Shown piece after piece: positions 9,754 through 19,335 of a stretch of 64,000 nt of DNA. Both the position numbers and the translations under genes were made by a program. Where the stretch lies: positions 1-64,000 of the forward strand of contig JBPOGH010000015.1 of assembly GCA_051252135.1 (NCBI GenBank). Reading direction: 5' to 3'. The notes beneath the pieces were generated by a model. It was not told where the DNA came from. It ran no database searches and worked only from the letters and a program-made list of their open reading frames with translations. The DNA comes from Verrucomicrobiaceae bacterium (GTDB taxonomy: Bacteria; Verrucomicrobiota; Verrucomicrobiia; Verrucomicrobiales; Akkermansiaceae). Numbering within the stretch: the stretch's first letter is position 1; each line of letters starts with the position of its first letter.

Positions 9754-9899
9754 GGAGAATCCTCCGTTCGGTCGGATGTGAAACCAATCTCGCCCTCAAT
9801 ATGAAGGTTAATCAGAAACCATATCGCGGTCGCCAGACCCAAGGCGGCGATCTTCGCTGCCCAGTTCTTCGCCAACCACTTCTTCGCTAGTCTTGCCAT
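9750..9899 (-). CDS. 49-aa single-TM CdaR-like protein (not in ORF track)
   Basis: Hand-translated MARLAKKWLAKNWAAKIAALGLATAIWFLINLHIEGEIGFTSDRTEDSP*; stop overlaps the bioD start (GTGA). Confidence 0.7.
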   Translation of the reverse strand: MARLAKKWLAKNWAAKIAALGLATAIWFLINLHIEGEIGFTSDRTEDSP

Positions 9900-10659
9900 G
9901 AGATAAAAAGATTTCTTCCAAACGTGCCCGAAAATCCTCCTCGGAGAGCTTCCGCTCGATCTGCCCGTCCATGCAAATCGAAATCGATCCCGTTTCCTCG
10001 CTCACCACAATCGCCACCGCATCGGTCTCCTCGCTCACCCCCAACCCCGCCCGATGCCGCAGCCCCAGAGACCGGTCACTCAGCTCCTTCTGGCTCACCG
10101 GAAAAACACAACCCGCCGCTCCCACCCGCTCCTGGGCAATCGTCATCCCCCCGTCATGCAACGCCGTCTTGGGAAAGAAAATCGTCACCGCCAATTCCTT
10201 CGACAACACACTGTCAATCTCCACCCCCGTCTCCGCGTAATTCTCCAGACTGATCGTCCGCTCAATCGCAAAAAGTGCCCCAAAGCGCTTCTTCGATAGC
10301 TGCACCACCGCATCCGCAAGGTTATCCAAAAACGCCTTCTGCTCGGTCGAGGAAAAGGAAAAGAGCCGCGTGCTCCCCAATCGCGCCAAACCATTTCGCA
10401 ATTCCGGCTGGAAAATAATCAGCAAGGCAAAGGCGATCACCGCCGCCGCACTCTTGATGATCCACTCAATCACCGTCAGCTCCAGAAGCTTGGAAACCAA
10501 AGTCAACGCAATCACCACCACCGCAAGCCCAATCAAAATCCGGATCCCCCGCGTCGCACGAAACACCCGGTAAATTTGATAGATAAGAATCCAGAGAACG
10601 CCGATTTCCACCGCCGCCCGCCAAATGTCTTTATCTCTGAGAAATGCGCCTAAATCCAC
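9808..10659 (-). CDS. cdaA: Diadenylate cyclase CdaA
   Basis: Three N-terminal TM segments, IIFQPELR, LHDGG (DGA-like), GLRHRA, VSEETG. Confidence 0.92.
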   Translation of the reverse strand: MDLGAFLRDKDIWRAAVEIGVLWILIYQIYRVFRATRGIRILIGLAVVVIALTLVSKLLELTVIEWIIKSAAAVIAFALLIIFQPELRNGLARLGSTRLFSFSSTEQKAFLDNLADAVVQLSKKRFGALFAIERTISLENYAETGVEIDSVLSKELAVTIFFPKTALHDGGMTIAQERVGAAGCVFPVSQKELSDRSLGLRHRAGLGVSEETDAVAIVVSEETGSISICMDGQIERKLSEEDFRARLEEIFLSHGKTSEEVVGEELGSEDRRLGSGDRDMVSD

Positions 10660-10712
10660 GGTAAGGGCAAAACTCTACTCCCTTCCGTTACCGGAAGCAA
10701 TCGCCACCTTTT

Positions 10713-11168
10713 TTAATCAAAGTGCTTCCCAATCGACTCCCGACGGAAATCAAAGATGCTCTCCACCTTCTTCTTCACGAATAACCGGTGCGGAATCTCC
10801 CCCAAGGGCCAAAACCCCAGCGAATAATGAACCAAATCCGTCATCAGCGTCCCCCCGTCCTTCTCTTGAAAATGATGTCGATGATGCCAAAAACGATACG
10901 GCCCCGCCCGCTGTTCATCCACAAAAGACTCCATCGGAGTCACCGACTTGATCTCGGTCACCCACGGAATCCACACCCCGGGCAGAATCATCACCTTATA
11001 CGTGATAATCTCCCCCTCATACATTTCCTCGGAGGGCAGACTCTCAATCTTGAATCCCAGCCCGGGTGGCGTGATCCGGTCCAGGTTCCGCGGCGTGGAA
11101 AAAAACGCCCACGCCTCCTCCAGCGATATCGGAAGCCATTGCTCTCGCTTCAGTTGATGCACTTTCAT
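10713..11168 (-). CDS. SRPBCC family protein
   Basis: AWAFFSTPRNL..ITPP, FVDEQRAGPYRFWHHRH, IFDFR. Confidence 0.85.
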   Translation of the reverse strand: MKVHQLKREQWLPISLEEAWAFFSTPRNLDRITPPGLGFKIESLPSEEMYEGEIITYKVMILPGVWIPWVTEIKSVTPMESFVDEQRAGPYRFWHHRHHFQEKDGGTLMTDLVHYSLGFWPLGEIPHRLFVKKKVESIFDFRRESIGKHFD

Positions 11169-11179
11169 GACCCGGCAAC

Positions 11180-12790
11180 CTAGTCCGTATCTGGGATTGG
11201 TCGTCCAAAAATATCAAAAACCGACCGCGCCGCATCACTCGCCGCTTTCGTCCCCGTCTCAATCCCTCCCTCCAGCACCCCTTCCGCCGACTTCCGCGCC
11301 GCATCGAGAAGGTCATTTCCATTCCCCAGCACCTCGTTCGCCAACCCTAGCACCACCCCGCTGTTCGCCAAAACATCCTTCGTATGCTCCCCCACAATCT
11401 CACCACTGTACTTCAACGCCCACTGACCCGTCGCCGGCACAATTTCAAACATCCGCTCTCCCGCTGCCGCAATCAACCGGTCGCTCAAGTCCTCCTGAGG
11501 AGAATCCAGGGTCCCTGAAATCTTCACTGGCGACCACAACAGCCCCAGCTCTCCCCGCCTGAAAACCTTCGTCTCCGCTCCCGGAAGATGGGCCAGCGTC
11601 CCCGGCGTAATCCCCAATCTCAAATTTCCCTGCCGGATCACCTCCCCTTCCAAAATCAAATTTCCCTCCACCCGCACCAATCCCTCGCTGCCCAAACGAA
11701 TATTCGTCAGCTCCAAAAGATCACCCTGCATCCGGTAATCAAGCGTTGCCTCACTCAACGCCAAATGCCGGAATCGCACCGCATTGGTGTAGGCCGCAAT
11801 CCGATCCAGCACCGGCAAAGCCGTCAACATCCCCTGCGTGATCTCAAGAGTCCCCGAAATGATCGCGTCCTCATCCTCCTCACCCCGCACCCGGAAGTCC
11901 GAGCTCACCGCACCCATCAGCCGCTGACGCCAATCTTCCGACACCAATTCCTCACAACGCGCCCCCGTCAAATCTCCCGACACCGTCCAACGCTTGTTCT
12001 CCAGATCAAACTCCCCCTCCAGCGCAATCGAGGCCCGCTCCAGCGCACTCACGTTCGCCGAAAGCAGGTAGAACCGATCCTTCGAGTAACGCGCCTTGGC
12101 CTCCCGAAGCTTCAGGGATTTCACAAGCGATAACGGAGTCTCAACCTCCCCTCCCTGAAGCGAGAGTTCATAAACATCCTGCCCCGCCCCCGGCTCAACC
12201 GCCGCTGAAATATGCTCAAACGTCCAGTCCCCATCATCCGTCATTGCCGTCCCTGAAACCTCCCCCACCTCGATCCCCGTGATCTCAACCTTCGTCGGAA
12301 TAAACCGGTCAAACATCCCCGGCTTTCCGGTATCCGCGTCTCTCACAATCTCCGCCTCCGGAATCTCCGGTGCCTCAACCTCACGTTCCCGAAAATCGCC
12401 CGTCAGCTCCACTTTGCGCAAAGACACATTCTCAATGCGGTAAATGCCGTCCCAAATCGCGCCGATATCAACCGACGCATCAATATCAGACACCGCCAGA
12501 TCCCCAATCGAACCCTCGCCCGAGAAATCAAACGCCTCCGTCTTCAAACTCCAGCCCTCCCAAACAAACGGCTGAAACCGCGCCTCTCCCCCCAACATTC
12601 CTCCCGCCTTCTCTCCCAGCATGATCCGGAAATCGTCACTCCGGAGATACTCGCGAATCGCGCGATACCCAAAAACAAGCCCCAGCACCCCCACCAACAA
12701 CAACCCCACCACACCGCCGGCAAGCCACTTCTTAAGTCGGCCTCCACCGGAATTACGGGGTTTTCTATTACGACGACGTCGACTGGACAT
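11180..12790 (-). CDS. AsmA-like membrane-anchored hypothetical protein
   Basis: Basic N-terminus plus one TM, long beta-rich body, C-terminal PVKISGTLDSP. Confidence 0.6.
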   Translation of the reverse strand: MSSRRRRNRKPRNSGGGRLKKWLAGGVVGLLLVGVLGLVFGYRAIREYLRSDDFRIMLGEKAGGMLGGEARFQPFVWEGWSLKTEAFDFSGEGSIGDLAVSDIDASVDIGAIWDGIYRIENVSLRKVELTGDFREREVEAPEIPEAEIVRDADTGKPGMFDRFIPTKVEITGIEVGEVSGTAMTDDGDWTFEHISAAVEPGAGQDVYELSLQGGEVETPLSLVKSLKLREAKARYSKDRFYLLSANVSALERASIALEGEFDLENKRWTVSGDLTGARCEELVSEDWRQRLMGAVSSDFRVRGEEDEDAIISGTLEITQGMLTALPVLDRIAAYTNAVRFRHLALSEATLDYRMQGDLLELTNIRLGSEGLVRVEGNLILEGEVIRQGNLRLGITPGTLAHLPGAETKVFRRGELGLLWSPVKISGTLDSPQEDLSDRLIAAAGERMFEIVPATGQWALKYSGEIVGEHTKDVLANSGVVLGLANEVLGNGNDLLDAARKSAEGVLEGGIETGTKAASDAARSVFDIFGRPIPDTD

Positions 12791-12849
12791 GCCCAAACTC
12801 TACCCGAGATAATCCCCGAGGCAATGAAACGCTGGCCCGAATCACCGCC

Positions 12850-13611
12850 TCAATCAGGAGCCCCCTTCACCTTGATCAACCCCTCCCACTCCCCCCTCTC
12901 ATCCCGACCACCCGAGACTCGGGCCAGAAAGGAACGCCGCGCACGACCCACCCGCTCAAGATACCGCTCACGCGAAACCCCAAGCGCGCCGAAGCACCTG
13001 CGATGATCAATCCACACCACCCACTTCGTCACTTCCAGAATCGCACAAAACTGCACCCGCCATCCTCGCCGCACCCAGCCCGGCTTCTCCCGCAACCACG
13101 CCTTGAAGAACGACGCATGAAATCCCAAATGCCCCACCTCATCGCTGAGAATCCGCGCACACGCCTTCCGGATCGCGAAGTCCTCCACCGAACAACGCAA
13201 CAAATCATAATAGGCTTCGGCAATGATTTCCGCCGTCATGAACATCTGCACATGAAATTCCAGATTGATCAACTTGCGCACCTTGCGAAACACCCCGTCA
13301 CTCCATTGCTTCGAGATCAACTCCCCTCCGAGCCGCTCCACCATCTTGCCCAGCATCCGCGCATGCCGGTGCTCCTCTTCGATAAATAAACGCAACCCCT
13401 CGGGATAGTCCTCAAAGCCCGGCCTCTTCGCAACCCGCTCCGCATACCGAAACAAGGTCGCCCCCTCGCCCGACTCCCCCAGTTGGAAGATCGCCAGACT
13501 TCCGGCCAATGCCTCCCGCTCCCGCTCGCCAAGCTCCACCGGAGCATCCCAATCAATCTCCTCTTCCCCCGAATTCCCCTGAAATCGATCAATCCACCGC
13601 TGCACATTCAC
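12850..13611 (-). CDS. Ferritin-like diiron-domain protein
   Basis: FQLGESGEG, EEHRH, AEIIA..YY, DEVGH; GTG start overlaps the ispH stop. Confidence 0.75.
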   Translation of the reverse strand: MNVQRWIDRFQGNSGEEEIDWDAPVELGEREREALAGSLAIFQLGESGEGATLFRYAERVAKRPGFEDYPEGLRLFIEEEHRHARMLGKMVERLGGELISKQWSDGVFRKVRKLINLEFHVQMFMTAEIIAEAYYDLLRCSVEDFAIRKACARILSDEVGHLGFHASFFKAWLREKPGWVRRGWRVQFCAILEVTKWVVWIDHRRCFGALGVSRERYLERVGRARRSFLARVSGGRDERGEWEGLIKVKGAPD

Positions 13612-14525
13612 TTTCCCGCTCTCCTTCCACCCTGTAGTTCCAAAGCCTCCACCACCCGGTCCACACAGCTCTTCTGTGTCGATGTCCCTGCCGTCACCCC
13701 CACCCGACTCACCCCGTCCAACCACTCCGGCCTCAACTCCTCCGCCCCTGCAATCCGCTCGGAACGACACCCAAGACTCCTTGCCACATCGCGCAGCTGC
13801 CGCGAGTTATTCGAATTCTCCCCACCCACCACGATCACCAGGTCAACCCCGCCCGCCAACTCCCTCAGGGCCCGCTGCCGGTTCTTCGTCGGTTGACACA
13901 CCGTGTCCCGAAATCTCACCTCGCTGCCCGGCCTCATCCCTCGCAGGCACGCCACCAACCGCTCCACCTTCTCAATCGGCTGGGTCGTCTGGGACACCAC
14001 GCCATACACCGGAGCCATCGGCAACCCCTCGATCTCCCCCTCGTCTAAAATCACACACGCCTCCGGAAAATCCCCCGTCAACCCGTCCACTTCAACATGC
14101 CCCGCCTTCCCAATCACCACCGGAAAGCACCCTTCCGCCACCAATGTCGCCAGCGCGGTGTGGGCTTTTCTCACCAACGGACAACTCGCATCAAGAACCC
14201 GATGCCCCATGCCCCGCCATCGATTCTTGGCCCGATCCGACGCCCCGTGCGCCGTGATCATCACCCGCGGGGTCTCCGCTCTTTCATCATTTAAATTCCC
14301 CTCCGTCGCACCCGATCGCTGCAGCTCCCCCACCACCATCGCATTGTGCACCAACTCCCCCAGAATCGTCACCCCGCCCTCTTGCGCCGTCTCCTTTGCC
14401 AGCGAAACAGCGTCCCTCACTCCAAAGCACATCCCATAGTGATCCGCCAAAAGAATCTCGAATCTCTCATCCCTTGCACTTTGTGGGACAAAGTTGTTGG
14501 GCAAAAAAACGGACCGCTGTGACAT
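13608..14525 (-). CDS. ispH: 4-hydroxy-3-methylbut-2-enyl diphosphate reductase
   Basis: GMCFGV, LVHN, TAHG, DASCPLV, GHVEV, SQTT, DTVC, SNNS, TAGTST; start estimated. Confidence 0.92.
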   Translation of the reverse strand: MSQRSVFLPNNFVPQSARDERFEILLADHYGMCFGVRDAVSLAKETAQEGGVTILGELVHNAMVVGELQRSGATEGNLNDERAETPRVMITAHGASDRAKNRWRGMGHRVLDASCPLVRKAHTALATLVAEGCFPVVIGKAGHVEVDGLTGDFPEACVILDEGEIEGLPMAPVYGVVSQTTQPIEKVERLVACLRGMRPGSEVRFRDTVCQPTKNRQRALRELAGGVDLVIVVGGENSNNSRQLRDVARSLGCRSERIAGAEELRPEWLDGVSRVGVTAGTSTQKSCVDRVVEALELQGGRRAGK

Positions 14526-14629
14526 CACAAGGGTCCCCGACTGACTGGTTGGCATCTTACTTTGCATCACAAAGCAAGCGACAGAAAATTGTCTTCTGTC
14601 TATTTTTTCTCGGTTTTCGCAAGACCGAT

Positions 14630-15427
14630 CTAATACGCCCGATCGTATTTCTCCACCCCATCGACAATCGCCTGCGCACAGGCCGTCTGATACCACGAGG
14701 TCTTGCACCGGGCCCGCTCCGCCGCATTGCTGATAAAGCCACACTCTACCAGAATCGCCGGCGCCTTGGTTTCTGTCAGCACCGTATACCGGGCCACTCG
14801 CGCACCCCGATCAACCAACTTCAACCGCCGCACCAAACTCTTCTGCACCGCAGACGCCAGATAGTATCCCTTCTTCCCTCCCGCATAAAAAGTCTCCGCC
14901 CCCCGGACCCGTGTATTCGGCGTCGCATTGAAATGGATGCTGATAAAAATACTGTCCCGATAGCGATTCGCCACCTGGGCCCGCTTCGATAACGACAGGA
15001 ACACGTCGCTCTTCCGCGTCATGATCACCTCATATCCCCGCTGCTTCAAACCCGCTGCAGCCTTCACCGCCACCTTCATATTCAAATCCGATTCCCTTAC
15101 TCCATACCAATAAGCCCCCTTGTCTTTCCCCCCATGACCGGGATCAAGCACCACCCGCATCGACTTCCGTGTCGGCTTGCTCACCGTCGTCGTCCGACTG
15201 CTCGTGCTGCTCCCGCTCGGAATGGACAAACGCTGCCCCACCTGAAGCTTGCGCGCATCGCTGATTCGATTCGCCTTCATCAAGGCATCCACTTTCACCC
15301 CGTTACGCAGGGCGATCGAATAGAGGGTCTCCGATGGCCTGACCGTGTAGGTCTTGGCCTCGGCGATGCCCCCCAGCATCAGCGCGAAAAGCGCACATCC
15401 AATTAAAATTTTATCCCCTACCTTCAT
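14630..15427 (-). CDS. LysM + N-acetylmuramoyl-L-alanine amidase (Amidase_3)
   Basis: LysM YTVRPSETLYSIA; DPGHGGKD, FISIHFNA, ILVECGFISN. Confidence 0.92.
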   Translation of the reverse strand: MKVGDKILIGCALFALMLGGIAEAKTYTVRPSETLYSIALRNGVKVDALMKANRISDARKLQVGQRLSIPSGSSTSSRTTTVSKPTRKSMRVVLDPGHGGKDKGAYWYGVRESDLNMKVAVKAAAGLKQRGYEVIMTRKSDVFLSLSKRAQVANRYRDSIFISIHFNATPNTRVRGAETFYAGGKKGYYLASAVQKSLVRRLKLVDRGARVARYTVLTETKAPAILVECGFISNAAERARCKTSWYQTACAQAIVDGVEKYDRAY

Positions 15428-15521
15428 AGTAAAACAGCTTCAACTGAGCAGCTTTTACCAAGATGTTAATAAGGGGTCAATTAATTTTTAAAATAATTGA
15501 AAGTTAATGTTTCATGATTGT

Positions 15522-16328
15522 TTAAATCGCATCATCAACTTCCTCGCTCTTCCCCCAACGACGGAAGAGCGGCAACATCAAATACCCCACAAATATAAGG
15601 GACGGCGCATACAATCTGAAGCGGACCAGGATCGCGAGCACCAGCGCTCCAGCCAATAAAGTCCACACGTTTGCCTTCGTCTTGAGATCAATTTTTTTAA
15701 AGCTCGGATAACGTATATTGCTCACCATCAAAAACGACACCCCCAGAATCATCGCAGCCAACACATAGGACCACCACCCCAACGTAAGACCGTCCTCCTT
15801 CTCATGGGTGCTGATGATCAAATACGTCAGCGACGCCACAAACCCCGCCGCCATCGGGATCGGAATCCCCCTGAAATCACTCCCCCCGGTCCCCATCCGC
15901 GCCAGACAATTGAACCGCGCCAGCCGGATCGCCCCACACAAAAGATAGATAAACGCGATCGCCCACGTGATGCCGCTCCCACCCGGATCAAATCGATTGG
16001 GCCACTCCAAATCGGACAACACCGCACGCGATACCAGCATCGCAGGTGCAATCCCGAAGGACACCATATCCGCCAATGAATCAAATTCCTGACCAAAGGG
16101 CGACTCCTGACCACCCAGTCGGGCCAACCGACCATCCAAAAGATCAAAAAGACAGGAACCAAAAATATAGAGCATCGCCATCTCATACGAGGGCTTCGCT
16201 GCCACCAAATCCTCCGCTTGCATCCCCTTGAAAATGGTCAGCACCGCCAGAAACCCGCAAAGAAGGTTCCCCGCCGTCATCAAATTGGGCAGGAGGTAAA
16301 TCTTGGGTTCTTCGTCTTCTGGATTCAT
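15522..16328 (-). CDS. pssA: CDP-diacylglycerol--serine O-phosphatidyltransferase
   Basis: LPNLMTAGN, DLLDGRLAR...FGQEFDSLADMVSFGIAP, RLARFN. Confidence 0.92.
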   Translation of the reverse strand: MNPEDEEPKIYLLPNLMTAGNLLCGFLAVLTIFKGMQAEDLVAAKPSYEMAMLYIFGSCLFDLLDGRLARLGGQESPFGQEFDSLADMVSFGIAPAMLVSRAVLSDLEWPNRFDPGGSGITWAIAFIYLLCGAIRLARFNCLARMGTGGSDFRGIPIPMAAGFVASLTYLIISTHEKEDGLTLGWWSYVLAAMILGVSFLMVSNIRYPSFKKIDLKTKANVWTLLAGALVLAILVRFRLYAPSLIFVGYLMLPLFRRWGKSEEVDDAI

Positions 16329-16438
16329 CCGTGGACAAATTCTGCCAAAAGAATCCCCTGTTTGAAAGTGCCAAGTCTCCCCGTCGATCAATTGAAATCT
16401 CGCTTTCCCTACCGCCCTCCAGCAGCCATCGTTCGCCC

Positions 16439-16984
16439 ATGAATCCGGAACTGAGCGGCGACCTCACCATGTCCGCCCTCCTCGATCAATATCCCGGGGC
16501 CCGCCGCGCCCTCTTCGCCTCCTTCCACATCGGCGGATGCCAGTCCTGCGCCTACGAACTCGATGATACCCTGGCCGCCGTCTGCGCTCAAAATGAACTC
16601 GATCTCAACGAAGCCCTCGCGTGCCTGAAGGAGAGCCAGGCCCACGACGCCGAAATGCTCATTTCCGTGGCCGATCTCGAAGCCCACCTCAAAAGCGACT
16701 CTCCACCCCTCGTTCTCGACGTCCGCACCCGCGAAGAGTTCGATTCCATCCACCTTCCCGGTTCCGAATTTATGACCCAGGAACGACAAAGCGAGGTCTT
16801 CTCCTCCTCGGATGAATCAACCCTCATCATCCTCATCGATCACCAGGGACGCACCGTCCTCGACCAATGCGCCTGGTTCCGCGGCCACGGACTCAAAAAC
16901 ACCTATGGAGTCGATGGCGGCATCGATCGCTACGCCCGGGAAATCGACTCCTCCATTCCACGCTACCGCCTCGAATTGGAATAA
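16439..16984 (+). CDS. Rhodanese-like protein with N-terminal CxxC domain
   Basis: FHIGGCQSC; LDVRTREEF, VDGGIDRY...IPRY. Confidence 0.75.
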   Translation: MNPELSGDLTMSALLDQYPGARRALFASFHIGGCQSCAYELDDTLAAVCAQNELDLNEALACLKESQAHDAEMLISVADLEAHLKSDSPPLVLDVRTREEFDSIHLPGSEFMTQERQSEVFSSSDESTLIILIDHQGRTVLDQCAWFRGHGLKNTYGVDGGIDRYAREIDSSIPRYRLELE

Positions 16985-17043
16985 CGATGCCTCTTTTACC
17001 TTGCCCCCCTTCTTCCGAATCGCATTGATAGCCCTCACTCCTC

Positions 17044-17757
17044 ATGAAAATCCCTCTCCTTTCCCTCGCCCTCCTCGCCATCCCCCTGCTCGGGTTTGCC
17101 CAGGAAGAAGAACAAAAGGAAAAGCTCTCCGATACCGAACGCCAACGCCGGGTCTCCATTGCCCTCGGATTTCAGGCAGGCATGCGCGCCAAACAAAAAC
17201 AAGTCGCCCCCACCGATATTTCCCTGGAGCAATTCTCGCGCGGCTTCGAGATCGCCCTCCGCGGCGAACAACTCCCGTTCTCCCCGGAAGAACTTCGCGA
17301 AGCCTTCGACCTCCTCCAAAAACAAATCACCCAACGCGAAGCAGACCTCGCCAAAACCAACCTCAAGGCTCAGGAAAAATTCCTCTCCGAAAACGGCAAA
17401 AAGGAAGGTGTCGTCAAACTCAAAAGCGGACTTCAATACCTCGTCCTCGACCCCGGGAAAGAAAAAGCCAAGGGCTCCATCGCTCTCGCCCACTACCGCG
17501 GCATGGTCGAGTCAGGAGAGGAATTCGACGCTTCCGATGGCGAAACACCCTCCCGTCTGAAATTTGACGAATTGATCTCCGGCTTCCGCGAAGCCCTCTC
17601 CCTCATGCCCCTCGGCGCCCGCTGGCGCGTCTTCGTCCCCTCCGAACTCGCCTACGGAAGTGAACGACGGAGCCACCTCATCGGCCCCAATCAACTCCTC
17701 ATCTTCGAGATCGATCTCGTCGCACTCGAAGAGGAACCGGAAGAATCCGCCGAATAA
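17044..17757 (+). CDS. FKBP-type peptidyl-prolyl isomerase (FkpA/Mip-like)
   Basis: Signal peptide, FKBP_N, SGLQY, HYRG..EFDAS, PSELAYG, LIFEIDL. Confidence 0.92.
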   Translation: MKIPLLSLALLAIPLLGFAQEEEQKEKLSDTERQRRVSIALGFQAGMRAKQKQVAPTDISLEQFSRGFEIALRGEQLPFSPEELREAFDLLQKQITQREADLAKTNLKAQEKFLSENGKKEGVVKLKSGLQYLVLDPGKEKAKGSIALAHYRGMVESGEEFDASDGETPSRLKFDELISGFREALSLMPLGARWRVFVPSELAYGSERRSHLIGPNQLLIFEIDLVALEEEPEESAE

Positions 17758-17788
17758 AAAAGACGGCCCCTATCCCGGAACCGCCTTT
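17756..17788 (-). terminator. Probable intrinsic terminator between convergent genes
   Basis: Minus strand reads AAAGGCGG...CCGTCTTTTT. Confidence 0.5.
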
Positions 17789-17812
17789 GGTAATCTAAGC
17801 TCGCCGCAAGGC

Positions 17813-18757
17813 TCAATCCTTCTTCTTGGCCGCTCCGCCTCCCAAGTTGAACTGGAATCTCGTCGCACCCTTCCCCTTGAACCCAAGGGACTCGATCCGC
17901 TCTCGATATTCTTCGGGCACCGCCGCCTTCTCCTCCTCGGTCGTGTAAGGCCCCTCGAAAAGTACCGTCCCGTTCGGATCGGTCAGCTTCACCTGGCTCT
18001 TCCCGTCCGTCGTCCGCATCTCAACCGTTCCCTGATCGTCCGTCAGACTGAAGGCTCCCGTATTTTGAATACCCAGATTGAAACTCCTGCTGTCAGGCAC
18101 CGCACCATTCAACAAATCATTCAAATTAAGATTCATCTGGCTACCCATCCCAAGACGACCCGGCTTCAGAGCCTCCTCCACTCTCTTCAGAAGCTCCGCC
18201 TGCAGACGCTCGGCATCATCGCGATCCATCCCGCCCGGAACCAGCTGGTCCATCCCCGGAATCCGCTCGCGCAAAATTCCGGCCTGGGGTGCCATCGGCA
18301 TATTGGGACGTCCGCCCAATACCACCCGCTGATCGAGCTCCACGCCCTGACGCAGCACCTTGATTAAAATTTCATCTCCGGGCTCGTGGGCCGTGATCGC
18401 CACCTTGACCTGCTCGCGGGTTTGCACCGCCAGATCACCCACCTTCGTAATGATGTCCCGTTCTTGCAGTCCCGCCTCCGCAGCCGGGCTGTTCGGATCC
18501 ACCACCCGCACAATCACTCCGGAGTCGAGCTTCAGGTGCCACGCCAAATCCTCATTAATCGCCTCGGTCAACACTCCCAGCCATGCCGCTTTCTGGGGAG
18601 CTTGTTTGACTTCGCTTTCAGTCACTTGCTTGGTCTCGGCCGGAAGCACATCGGATGCTCCGGTGCCGGGACGCTCGATGGCTGAAAGCCCACCGAGAAG
18701 ACCCACCGTGGCCGCGAGACCAACCGTCTTGGTATTAAGAAGCATTGCTAGTTTCAT
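17813..18757 (-). CDS. Exported PDZ-domain protein without protease domain
   Basis: Signal peptide; AWLGV...GVIVRVVDPNSPAAEAGLQERDII. Confidence 0.8.
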   Translation of the reverse strand: MKLAMLLNTKTVGLAATVGLLGGLSAIERPGTGASDVLPAETKQVTESEVKQAPQKAAWLGVLTEAINEDLAWHLKLDSGVIVRVVDPNSPAAEAGLQERDIITKVGDLAVQTREQVKVAITAHEPGDEILIKVLRQGVELDQRVVLGGRPNMPMAPQAGILRERIPGMDQLVPGGMDRDDAERLQAELLKRVEEALKPGRLGMGSQMNLNLNDLLNGAVPDSRSFNLGIQNTGAFSLTDDQGTVEMRTTDGKSQVKLTDPNGTVLFEGPYTTEEEKAAVPEEYRERIESLGFKGKGATRFQFNLGGGAAKKKD

Positions 18758-18791
18758 TCGCCGGATGAGCGTTCAGGAAATTCCTTTTTGT

Positions 18792-19310
18792 CTAATCCAC
18801 ATCGAGTGGCACAAAAATCACCTCATACGATGGCCGTTCAACGCGAACCTTGTCACCATTCGCATTCTGAAAATCAATCTGGTTGGAAACTTTCACCCCA
18901 ACACACTTCACCGTCACCCCGTTGGCTGTCGAGATCGTCCCACGATCCTGCAAGCCCAGCACCTCGGCCTTCGCCGACTTCGGTTTGAAGGATGCCAGCG
19001 AGACACCCTGTTGCACTTGCACCGGATTCTCCACCTCCTGCGGAGCCTCACTCCCCTGGTTTGAAAGCATCACCGCCGCCGCCGCACCAAAGATCGCCAC
19101 CCCGGCCACCGCCTTCCACTGAAACCATCCTTCGGATCGACCGGCTTCAATCTTCTGGCTGTCACTCAGGGAGATCACTTTCTCCTCCACCGGCACAGTC
19201 TCGTGCCAGCGTGACATCGCATCATCAAGACGCGACAAAAGATCATCCGGCATTCCCTGGGGGGCCAGCTTCTGCAGTTCAGCTTCGATTTGTTTGAGTT
19301 CGGAATCCAT
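18792..19310 (-). CDS. Probable single-TM anti-sigma factor
   Basis: Directly downstream of the ECF sigma; helical N-terminus and one TM (WKAVAGVAIFGAAAAVML). Confidence 0.6.
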   Translation of the reverse strand: MDSELKQIEAELQKLAPQGMPDDLLSRLDDAMSRWHETVPVEEKVISLSDSQKIEAGRSEGWFQWKAVAGVAIFGAAAAVMLSNQGSEAPQEVENPVQVQQGVSLASFKPKSAKAEVLGLQDRGTISTANGVTVKCVGVKVSNQIDFQNANGDKVRVERPSYEVIFVPLDVD

Positions 19311-19335
19311 TGAAGAATTTCAGTTTGAAAATTGT

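Noticed and set aside
9753..9899. In-frame fusion of the CdaR-like helix to BioD
   Set aside because: The starts are 146 nt apart (different frames) and a TGA lies at 9752-9750
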